Origin: Squalus acanthias
Taxonomy: Eukaryota
DNA: 64,000 nt
Reading direction: 5' to 3'
Assembly: GCA_030390025.1 (NCBI GenBank)
Contig: CM059446.1
Coordinates: 16,306,001 to 16,370,000, forward strand
The notes under the pieces are model-generated. The model saw nothing but the letters and a program-made list of their open reading frames with translations. It was not told where the DNA came from and made no database searches. This document shows, piece after piece, positions 40,101 through 47,872 of this stretch. The first letter of the stretch is position 1; every line of letters begins with the position of its first letter. The position numbers and the translations under genes were made by a program.

Positions 40101-42946
40101 GAGGTGCCAACCTGGGGAAGCTGCAACACAGGACTACATACATACTAAAATGCGGAAGCAGCATGCTATAAACAGGGCTAAGCGATCCCACAATCAACCG
40201 ATCAGATCAAAGCTCTGCAGTCCTGCCACATCCAGTCGTGAACGGTGGTGGACTATTAAACAACTAACGGGAGGAGGAGGCTCCATGAATATCCCCATCC
40301 TCAATGATGGTGGAGCCCAGCACGTGAGTGCAAAAGACAAGGCTGAAGCATTTGCAACCATCTTCAGCCAGAAGTGCCGAGTGGGTGATCCATTTTGGCC
40401 TCCTCCCGAGGTCCCCACCATCACAGAAGCCAGTCTTCAGCCAATTCGATTCACTCCACATGATATCAAGAAACGGCTGAGCGCACTGGATACAGCAAAG
40501 GCTATGGGCCCGGACGACATCCCGGCTATCGTGCTGAAGACTTGTGCTCCAGAACTAGCTGCGCCTCTAGCCAAGCTGTTCCAGTACAGCTACAACACTG
40601 GCATCTATCCGACAATGTGGAAAACTGCCCCAGGTATGTTCTGTCCACAAAAAGCAGGACAAATCCAATCCGGCCAATTACCGTCCCATCAGTCTACTCT
40701 CAATCATCAAAAAAGTGATGGAAGGTGTCATCGACCGTGCTATCAAGCGGCACTTACTCACCAATAACCTGCTCACTGATGCCCAGTTTGGGTTCCGCCA
40801 AGACCACTCGGCTGCCGACCTCATTACAGCCTTGGTCCAAACATGGACTTCATCAATGACCTTCCCTCCAACATAAGGTCAGAAATGGGGATGTTTGCTG
40901 ATGACTGCCATTCACAACTCCTCAGATAATGAAGCTGTCCATGCCCGCATGCAACAAGACCTGGACGATGTTCAGGCTTGGGCTGATAAGTGGCTGGTAA
41001 CAGTCGCGCCACAGAAGTGCCAGGCAATGACTAAATCCAACAAGCGAGAGTCTAACCACCTCCCCATGACATTCAATGGCATTACCATCACCAAATCCTC
41101 CTCCATCAATATCCTGGGGGGGGGGGGGGGGGGGGGTGTCACCATTGACTAGAAACTTAACTGGACCAGCCACATAAATACTGTGGCAACAAGAGCAGGT
41201 CAGAGGCTAGGTATTCTCACCTCCTGCCTCCAAAGCCTTTCCACCATCTACAAGGCACAAGTAAGGAGTGTGATGGAATACTCTCCACTTGCCTGGATGA
41301 GTGCAGCTCCAACAACACTCAAGAAGCTCGACACCATCCAGGACAAAGCAGCCCGCTTGATTGGCACCCCATCTACCACCTTAAACATTCACTCCCTCCA
41401 TCATCAGCATACCGGGGCTGCAATGTGTACCTCCTACAAGATGCACTGCAGCAACTCGCCAAGGCTTCTTCGGCAGCACCTCCCAAACCCACGACCTCTT
41501 CCACCTAGAAGGACAAGGGCAGCAGACACATGGGAACACCACCACCTCCAAGTCACACACCATCCTGACTTAGAAGTATATCGGCGATCCTTCATCGTCG
41601 CTGGGTCAAAATCCTGGAACTCCCTACCTAACAGCACTGTGGGAGTACCTTCACCACACGGACTGCAGCGGTTCAAGAAGGCAGCTCACCACCACCTTCT
41701 CAAAGGCAATTAGGGATGGGCAATAAATGCTGGCCTTGCCAGCGACACCCACATCCCATAAACGAATAAAAAAAAAAACAGGATTTTATTACTGCTCTGG
41801 TGCGTTATCAATTTGTTTTAAAGTTAACAGTTACCTGAAGGAAAACCCTAGCTCCCTGTGCTGCACTGCACAGCGTGGAATGGAACCATGCTACAAATCA
41901 CAACTGGATTCCAAACTCCGGAGCAATGACACAGGTAAGCTTATTAAAGATTCCAGTAACAAATTCAATAAGAGTAACGCTAGTAAGCAGACAGACCCAT
42001 AATATAAAAGCCTGTCAATTTTATAGAAGATCACATCAAAAGGTTCAGAAACATTGAAAATATATTTCAAACCTCTTTATCTTCAGTAAGTTTTGATAAC
42101 AGGTAAACCAATGGATCCACGTTCCGAACATTTATCGATTTCAGCTCGTCGTATTTCCTGAGAAATTCTTCTGGAGTTCTTGAAAACTCAGCTATTTTTA
42201 CCTAGCAAGTATAACAAAAAAAATGAAACATGCATTTGCTTTTAAGCAGTGTATACAAAGCAGCAATCTCTTTTCTCTCTCCCTCAATCAGTCCTGCAGA
42301 CTTCTCGCTGGCCACTACCAATGGTGCCCTTAGTCAGCCACAAACATGTTCGTCAAAGTCAGCCAGCTGAAAACCCCATATCCAATTTCCCCTTCTGCCC
42401 CCCCGCCACAAAAAATCCACAGCCTCTGTTCAGCAACTCCCTAGACTCCACTCAATAGCAGTGTACACAGGTGTTCAAATCTGAAATATGACTTCATCAC
42501 CCCTCACATAGAATCATAGAATGATACAGCACAGGAGGAGATCATTCGGCCCATCGTGCCTGTGCCGGCTCTTTGAAAGTGCTATCCAATTAGTCCCATT
42601 CCCCAGAGCCCTGCATTTTTTTTTTTACCTTGAAGTATTTATCCAAGCTCCGTTGAAAGTTATTATTGAATCTGCTTCCACCGCCCTTTCAGGAAGTGCG
42701 TTCCAGATTGTAACAATAAAAATGTATTTTAAATACAGCAATTCAATTTACTAGAAAGTGAAGCAGATAGTTCAGGATCCATGTAGGACACATTACCTTT
42801 GCACTGTGGGCAGATACAGTAGTTGTGACGTATGGAGTTCTATTTTTTTGCAGGAGATCAATGTACACTTCAGCTCCGTCGCCACCACGCACTCGAAGCA
42901 AACTGAGCAGCTCATTGACATCATGATGGATTCGGAATTCACTCAT
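10008..42946 (-). CDS. TUBGCP2: Gamma-tubulin complex component 2, whole spliced CDS (17 coding exons, 2691 nt, 896 aa)
   Basis: Exons translate to MSEFRIHHDVNELLSLLRV...RLDFNGFYTERLEHMSAERSK, matching vertebrate GCP2. All exon phases join in frame; 15 of the 16 coding introns are GT-AG and one is GC-AG. Confidence 0.98.
11330..11620 (+). mobile_element. Decayed CR1 3' end
   Basis: AGAGTGGTTGGAATGTGGAATTCTCTGCC (RVVGMWNSLP) and tail GGCCTGTTTCTGTGCTGTAACTTTCTATGATTCTA. Confidence 0.7.
11852..12015 (-). CDS. TUBGCP2: TUBGCP2 coding exon 16 (FVAEHANSL...DCEHSMINIIYR)
   Basis: 164 nt, TTCACAG| and AG|GTCAGT. Confidence 0.94.
12654..12782 (-). CDS. TUBGCP2: TUBGCP2 coding exon 15 (RFTESIKIDSEM...KKLTKK), GC donor
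   Basis: 129 nt, TCTCAG| acceptor; ends AAG|GCAAAT; read-through hits TAA after 3 codons. Confidence 0.88.
13530..13882 (-). mobile_element. DeuSINE, 5'-truncated
   Basis: Same Deu core and L2 tail as the 2522-2988 copy. Confidence 0.82.
15551..15694 (-). CDS. TUBGCP2: TUBGCP2 coding exon 14 (ASNIDEVLSYH...FTNCMQ)
   Basis: 144 nt, TGTTAG| and CAG|GTAAGC; read manually. Confidence 0.95.
18258..18378 (-). CDS. TUBGCP2: TUBGCP2 coding exon 13 (FAAAFTLRQRMLNF...NNLKS)
   Basis: 121 nt, TTTAG| and TCC|GTAAGT. Confidence 0.96.
20217..20345 (-). CDS. TUBGCP2: TUBGCP2 coding exon 12 (KALTRYQMLFRH...HSAKW)
   Basis: 129 nt, CAATAG| and TG|GTAAGT. Confidence 0.96.
21459..22016 (-). mobile_element. 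V-SINE copy split by the inverted insertion above (pieces 21459-21580 and 21893-22016)
   Basis: Both pieces are reverse complements of adjacent parts of the 21581-21893 copy. Confidence 0.85.
21581..21893 (+). mobile_element. Full-length HE1-type V-SINE
   Basis: A-box TGGCATAGTGG, B-box GGTTCGAATCC, V-domain TGTGGAGTTTGCACATTCTCCC...GGGTGCTCCGGTTTCCTCCCACAGTCCAAAG, CR1-derived tail. Confidence 0.88.
23958..24405 (-). mobile_element. Diverged DeuSINE
   Basis: Deu core GTGCCATGGGATCTTTT, head and tail recognisable. Confidence 0.78.
24418..24506 (-). mobile_element. Short Penelope-derived repeat fragment
   Basis: GAAAATGCTGGAAACACTCAGCAGGTCAGGCAGCATC...AGTTAACGTTTCGGGTC, flanked by duplicated TAAGA(C/T)AGCTCAA. 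Confidence 0.7.
24737..24909 (-). CDS. TUBGCP2: TUBGCP2 coding exon 11 (INLMPHDLITQLL...WPLSLIINR)
   Basis: 173 nt, CTGCAG| and AG|GTAATT. Confidence 0.96.
25365..26525 (-). mobile_element. Decayed CR1 LINE 3' portion
   Basis: Reverse-complement RT motifs (FAD.TK near 26380; RVIKIW-like near 25530) and CR1 tail; many stops. Confidence 0.72.
25787..25950. mobile_element. hAT-family MITE (164 bp)
   Basis: Perfect TIR CAATGTTCCC/GGGAACATTG and perfect 8-bp TSD CTGGTAAC (25779-25786, 25951-25958). Confidence 0.9.
27381..27561 (-). CDS. TUBGCP2: TUBGCP2 coding exon 10 (SIKHYFLMDQGDFF...PFKDDLK)
   Basis: 181 nt, CTCCAG| and AAG|GTGTGT. Confidence 0.96.
29629..29809 (-). CDS. TUBGCP2: TUBGCP2 coding exon 9 (GKYLNVVRECG...ELLARLR)
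   Basis: 181 nt, poly-T tract TTTGTAG| and AG|GTACAA. Confidence 0.96.
31392..31537 (-). CDS. TUBGCP2: TUBGCP2 coding exon 8 (SEFMVEEHEL...DKILST)
   Basis: 146 nt, TACAG| and G|GTAATA. Confidence 0.96.
31807..33525. mobile_element. Non-autonomous PIF/Harbinger transposon (1.7 kb)
   Basis: TTA TSD on both sides; imperfect TIR GGCTGTGAATTTCCCAGCG / GGCCGCGAATTTGCCGGCG; Myb/SANT-like remnant (LMEGVTARSEVLFP) on the + strand. Confidence 0.75.
33734..33923 (-). CDS. TUBGCP2: TUBGCP2 coding exon 7 (ATSVEKGECMGG...IIQDPY)
   Basis: 190 nt, ATCAG| and AG|GTATAA. Confidence 0.96.
34357..34556 (-). CDS. TUBGCP2: TUBGCP2 coding exon 6 (FIEDKSSFEHGQVNHAL...ILASI)
   Basis: 200 nt, CTCAG| and G|GTATTG. 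Confidence 0.96.
34760..34967 (-). CDS. TUBGCP2: TUBGCP2 coding exon 5 (GTVALAAQE...SYSSVTR)
   Basis: 208 nt, CATTAG| and AG|GTGGGC. Confidence 0.95.
36214..36373 (-). CDS. TUBGCP2: TUBGCP2 coding exon 4 (PLEVVRKLLRDK...FPPWVYERPALLGDF...VVSI)
   Basis: 160 nt, TTCTAG| and G|GTATGT; WVYERPAL motif conserved. Confidence 0.94.
36874..37022 (+). mobile_element. DeuSINE 3' fragment
   Basis: GGGAGCTTGCTGTGCGCAAATTGGCTGCC...GGCGCTGTATAAATGCAAGT. Confidence 0.8.
37563..37712 (-). mobile_element. CR1 3' tail fragment
   Basis: CATAGAATCATAGAA tail repeat plus GGAGGCCATTTCGGCCCATCG; similar pieces at 42508-42712, 54330-54400, 55586-55920 and 63855-64000. Confidence 0.78.
37758..37934 (-). CDS. TUBGCP2: TUBGCP2 coding exon 3 (TLQYLQQNAK...GSSSQQ)
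   Basis: 177 nt, TTGCAG| and CAG|GTACAG. Confidence 0.95.
38130..38318 (+). mobile_element. Penelope-like element terminal-repeat remnant
   Basis: Same family as 24418 and 48178; includes the hammerhead motif. Confidence 0.7.
38183..38219 (+). ncRNA. Minimal type I hammerhead ribozyme
   Basis: AGTT-CTGACGA-A-AGGTC(ATC)GACCT-GAA-ACGT-T-AACT: core CUGANGA and GAAA, 5-bp stem II, palindromic stem III, stem I AGTT/AACT. Confidence 0.7.
38812..41779 (+). mobile_element. CR1-clade LINE lacking ORF1, with tRNA-like head; degenerate EN-RT ORF
   Basis: APE motifs (TNIWGL, PDIVILTESYL, WVGDFNVHH, LLDLVLTN), RT motifs (KAMGPDDIP, QFGFR, FINDLP...FADD, RSVMEYS), frameshifts and an internal RT deletion; 3' GGGCAATAAATGCTGGCC...poly-A. 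Confidence 0.9.
42073..42201 (-). CDS. TUBGCP2: TUBGCP2 coding exon 2 (VKIAEFSRTPEEF...LTEDKE)
   Basis: 129 nt, CTAG| acceptor, GAG|GTTTGA donor; read manually, not in the ORF track. Confidence 0.95.
42797..42946 (-). CDS. TUBGCP2: TUBGCP2 coding exon 1 (ATG 42946; MSEFRIHH...SAHSAK)
   Basis: 150 nt; donor AAG|GTAATG; acceptor likely ACACAG| just upstream (exon start about 42955). Confidence 0.96.
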
Positions 42947-43807
42947 GATTCTTTCCTGTGTTAACAAGAAACTGTAAATGTGCTGAAAAACTCTACTGAA
43001 AAGTTCAAATAATTTCAGCACAACATCATAACCGTACCCTTCAATATATCCAAGTATTTCATGAGGCCAATTTTCATTGCCCCAAGAAACCTGTCTAAAA
43101 CAAAGAAATCATAAAACTAGGGAGGTGGCAGATGTGACCAACCATGAAAACAAGTTGCAATGTTCCAAACTCTGTATTTAAAGATGCCATTTTAAATATT
43201 TAACTCAATAAATAAAAAAGTGTTTCAAATCTCCATAGGTTATTAGAGAATAGGTAACATTTTGACTGAAACAAAGGATTTAAAAAGTCAGGAATTTTCA
43301 GCTAAGAATCACAGGGGTAAAGTGAACAGTTGGGGGGGGGGGTGCATTTCTTAGATTTATGTGTATGACACGTTACCAAACCACAACTAATCCCTACGAT
43401 ATACGAACAGACTGAAAATTCTCACCTATAATTTATACAAACAATTTCTACGAGAACCTGAAATCAAAGCAGAATGGTTAAGGGGCAATAAGTTGCTGAT
43501 GCGTCACAAGACTAACTTTCCACAAGAGTATGAAACAAAATTACCTGTGACGATTGTGGGGAACAAATTGCTGCTGACTGTGTTATTTAAAGAACATTCA
43601 CTGAGTTGAAACTAAACATCCCCAATTCCCACTAGATTATTCATTTGGTATATAGTTAACTACAAATTTAGCAATTACAGCTGGCAACTCTCCACATGCA
43701 GGTAACAGCTTAAAATCAAACGTATGTTGTAGGGAAATAGAACTTTTCCTAACTTTTCGGTGAGACACTTCTTATTTTGGAACCACAAAAACTACTAGCA
43801 CAACTGC

Positions 43808-45219
43808 GTCAGCCGTGGATCAGTTGGTAGCACCCTCGTCTCTGAGTCAGCAGGTTGTGAGTTCAAGTCCCACTGTTTGTAGTGTACATTAATGATTTAG
43901 ATATGAATGTAGGAGGTATGATCAGTAAGTTCGCAGATGACACGAAAATTGGTGGAGTGGTAAATAGCGAGGAGGGAAGCCTCAGGCTACAGGACGATAT
44001 AGACGGGTTGGTCAGATGGGCAGAACAGTGGCAAATGGAATTTAACCCTGAAAAGTGTGAGGTGATGCATTTTGGGAGGACTAACAAGGCAAGGGAATAC
44101 ACAATGAATGGTAGGACCCTAGGAAGGACAGAGGACCTTGGTGTGCATGTACATAGATCCCTGAAGGCAGCAGGACAGGTAGATAAGGTGGTTAAAAAGG
44201 CATATGGGATACTTGCCTTCATTAGCCGAGGCATAGAATATAAGAGCAGGGAGGTTATGATGGAGCTGTACAAAACGCTAGTTAGGTCACAGCTGGAATA
44301 CTGTGTGCAGTTCTGGTCGCCACACTATAGGAAGGATGTGATTGCATTGGAGAGGGTGCAGAGGAGATTCACCAGGATGTTACCTGGGCTGGAGCGCTTC
44401 AGCTATGAGGAGAGACTGGACAGGCTAGGGTTGTTTTCCTTGGAGCAGAGAAGGCTGAGGGGGGACCTGATTGAGGTGTACAAAATTATGAGGGGCATAG
44501 ATAGGATAGATAGAAAGGAACTTTTCCCCTTAGTAGAGGGGTCAATAACCAGGGGGCATAGTTTCAAGGTAAGGGGCAGGAGGTTTAGAGGGGATTTGAG
44601 GAAAAACTTTTTCATCCAGAGGGTGGTTGGAATCTGGAACTCACTGCCTGAAAGGGTGGTAGAGGCAGGAACCCTCACAACATTCAAGTAGCATTTAGAT
44701 GAGCACTTGAAACGCCATAGCATACAAGGCTATGGACCAAGTGCTGGAAAATGGGATTAGAATAGGCAGGGCTTGATGGCTGGCGTGGACATGATGGACC
44801 GAAGGGCCTCTTTCTGTGCTGTATAACTCTATGACTCTATCTATGACTCCAGAGACTTGAGCACAAAAATCTAGGCTGACACTCCCAGTGCAGTGCTGAG
44901 GGAGTGCTGCACTGTCGGAGGTGCCGTCTTTCGGATGAGATGTTAAACCGAGGCCCTGTCTGCTCTCTCAGGTGGACATAAAAGATCCCGTGGCACTATT
45001 TCGAAGAAGAGCAGGGGAGTTCTCCCCGGTGTCCAGGCCAATATTTATCCCTCAATCAACATCACTAAAACAGATTATCACACTGCTGTTTCCAAATTGG
45101 CTGCGGCGTTTCCTATGTTACAACAGTGACTACACTTCAAAAGTACCTCATTGGCTGTAAAGCGCTTTGGGATGTCCAGTGGTCGTGAAAGGCGCTATAT
45201 AAATGCACGTCTTTCTTTT
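43808..45219 (+). mobile_element. DeuSINE interrupted by a CR1 insertion (head 43808-43874, body 44849-45219)
   Basis: GTTCAAGTCCCACT|CCAGAGACTTGAGCAC is contiguous in other copies. Confidence 0.85.
43875..44848 (+). mobile_element. CR1 LINE 5'-truncated copy with open RT C-terminal ORF (43882-44691)
   Basis: YINDLD...SKFADDTK...LEYCVQFWSP...RVVGIWNSLP; tail (ACTCTATG)n. Confidence 0.93.
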
Positions 45220-46199
45220 ACTAATTTGAACATCAGCTTCTACAGTCCATATTTTAACAGCAGTGGAAAGAACATCACTGACCCACTAACTTGTGCATAG
45301 ATTACAACTATTTAATCACTGATGTTTGAATTTTGAGACACATTCAGGAATGGAGTGGAAAAGATCTACACCTTTTTGTCTAGAAATCTACTTTGTTTAT
45401 GATATAATCAGTTATTTAAACGAAGCTGAAGTGAAATACACTAACTGACAGTCACAAAAATCCTTTTTCAAATCTTCTAGTTTGGAAACTAATGATATTT
45501 AAAAATCCATGAATTACAGTACAACTTAAACAAATAAAACAATAGGCTTAAAAGTTAACAAGTATACACCATTGATCTGTACAGGTTCAACATTACTCAT
45601 TCATTATGCGTGGATCCTATGATGTTGCCCTCAGTAAGTCAGTGCATATACTGTAGCTTGTAATGCAGAATATGTTATAAATTGGCCTCATGTGGCATTG
45701 GTGATAACAGGAGAAAAAGTTGTACGAGAGATGGTGTTTATTCAAATATTGGGAATATCATTTTGTGTCTCCTTCCCTCCCAATATCTGGTTTATTAATT
45801 TCTATCCTTTCTGTCCTCGATATGTTTTTCATTCCTTCCTTCACATTCCTAATTTCCCTCTCTCACTCCTTCTCATTTCTGCTATCTCATTGCATCTTTC
45901 CTTCTCTCAGTTGCTGGGATTACACATTGTCTCAAACTCAAAAGGTTGGACTCGCTGTATTAACAGAATCTCAGGGTATAAACTCTCGTTTAAATTTCTT
46001 CAAAATTCTGTGACATCAGTACACTCTGCATCACATCAATCCGTTAATAAATCCACCAATTAGTTAACTATGGTGCCTTTTTTTAAAAATGTTTTAGCAT
46101 TTGTATATGCTCATGGTACAGAATGGAAAGCAATTTGTTGCACAGCACCAATATAACTTGTACAGTTCAACTCTGCTGAACTTGCACTGGCTGCGATAA

Positions 46200-46595
46200 G
46201 GAACAACTTGCATTTATATAGCGTCTTTAACATAGCGAAACGTCCCAAGGTGCTTAACAAGAGCATTAGCAATAAATATTTTTGACACTGAGCCAAAGGA
46301 GAAGATATCAGGACAGGTGACCAAAAGCTTGGTCAAAGAGGTAGGTTTTAAGGAGCATCTTAAAGGAGGAAAGAGAGGTAAAGAGGCGGTGAGGTTTAGG
46401 GAGGGAATTCCAGAGCTTAGATCCAAGGCAGCTGAAAGCACGGCTGCCAATGGTGGAGCAATTAAAATCGGGGATGCGCAAGAGGCCAGAATTGGAAGAG
46501 CGCAGAGATCTCAAACGCTTGTAGGGCTTGAGGCGGTTACAGAGATAGGGAGGGGCGAGGCCATCGAGGGACTTGAAAACAAGATTTTTTTAAAT
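46200..46595 (-). mobile_element. L2-clade LINE 3' fragment
   Basis: ORF 46308-46514 (RAFSCLGSKLWNSLP...FKMLLKTYLFDQAF) plus tail GACGCTATATAAATGCAAGTTG. Confidence 0.82.
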
Positions 46596-47120
46596 GGGGA
46601 ACCTGGAAGAGGTGGGTCCGCACCTGCTCCAATGTCCCAAACGATGCAGCATTGGGGATGCAACTGCTGCACAAGGCAACGAGCCTTGCAGATTTGCCTC
46701 AAGATATAAAAAACAGAAGCACATTGCGTGCATGCAGGGAATGCCAATGGGACGGTGCAACTGAGCTGTTTACTTAACTCCACTTCAAAACACAGTGCCT
46801 GCAATGGATAGGGGCCACTCGCAATGCAACATAAACAAGAGCCGAGCTACTTTTAAAATGAAATATGCACAGAATGGGATCACCTCTCTGCCCTCCCCAC
46901 CCACACAATGAGAGTGTTGCTGTTACCCCAGCGGGGTTGCAGCCCACAGACCCAGCTCAGCGCGCCCTCGGCTCCTCAGGCTGGATTGGGCGTGAGCTGG
47001 CCTCGCGGATTGGGGGGTCTCCCAGCTCGGGGGGCCGGTGCACCCTCGGCTGCCGCCAGTTGCACCGCCACTTGTGGGCCTGATGGTCACTTTGGCGGCG
47101 GTGTAGATCCGATAACTCAC

Positions 47121-47330
47121 GCTGGCCGCCGGTGTTATTTACCCCCAAAAAAACACAAATAGCCCGAGAGGCCCAACGCCGCCTGCGTCCCCGGAATCTC
47201 CTCCTTCTCCTCTTCTGGTGCTGCTGCCGATTCACCTGCCACCGCCTCACTGCTTCCCTCTAAGAAACCCGGGGCGCCGCCACTCCGTTCGGCCTCGCTA
47301 TAAGGCAAAAAGCGCCAGGCGGGAGTAAAT
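47121..47330 (-). other. TUBGCP2: Candidate non-coding first exon of TUBGCP2
   Basis: The ATG exon has an acceptor about 9 nt upstream, so a 5' UTR exon is required. CpG-island donors exist at GC|GTGAGT (47120) and CAG|GTGAAT (47235). Boundaries are uncertain. Confidence 0.5.
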
Positions 47331-47425
47331 GATGGCCCGGCGGGTCTTAGGACCCGGGGGGAGGCGGGGAAGAGCGAGCGACGGTTGGTGGACGCGCAGG
47401 GGAGCCGCTCGTCGGTTGACGGTTA

Positions 47426-47643
47426 GCGCAGGCGCGGCAGTGCTGCTGGTGGGTTGGCGCAGGCGCGGCAATGCTGCTGGTGGGTTGGCGCAGGCGCGGC
47501 AGTGCAGGCTGGTGGGTTGGCGCATGCGCGGCAGTGCTGCTGGTGGTTGGCGCAGGCGCGGCAGTGCAGGCTGGTGGGTTGGCGCAGGCGCATCAGTGCC
47601 CTTGGACAGTTGGTGCAGGCGCATCAGTGCTGCTGGTCGGTCG
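47426..47643 (+). repeat. Minisatellite, 7 copies of a 30-32 bp unit GCGCAGGCGCGGCAGTGCTGCTGGTGGGTTG
   Basis: Units start at about 47426, 47457, 47488, 47520, 47550, 47582 and 47613; the last two are diverged. Confidence 0.92.
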
Positions 47644-47677
47644 GCGGGAGGACGGGCACGGATCGGATCGGATCGCG

Positions 47678-47872
47678 ATGCTGAGCCCGGGGCCGCTCGA
47701 GCTCCAGTGGGAGTGGGCGGCAGATCAGCGGGGACTCGGGCTGGCGGCCGCCACCGATGGCGGAGGGGACGGGGCGGCTGGGGAGTTGGAGCCGCCGCCG
47801 CTGTCCGGAGCGTCGCCTTTTACCTTCAGCTCCAGGAGGATCCGCTTGCACAAGGACGACGAATTCTTCGAA
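47678..47872 (+). CDS. ZNF511: ZNF511 exon 1 (MLSPGP...DDEFFE)
   Basis: 195 nt, donor GAA|GTAGGT; start ATG is the most likely choice but not proven. Confidence 0.85.

Noticed and set aside
39934-40767. 277-aa ORF as a domesticated gene
   Set aside because: Fragment of LINE ORF2 bounded by frameshifts and a deletion.
47426-47643. CRISPR-like array
   Set aside because: Units abut with no unique spacers; eukaryotic context, no cas genes.
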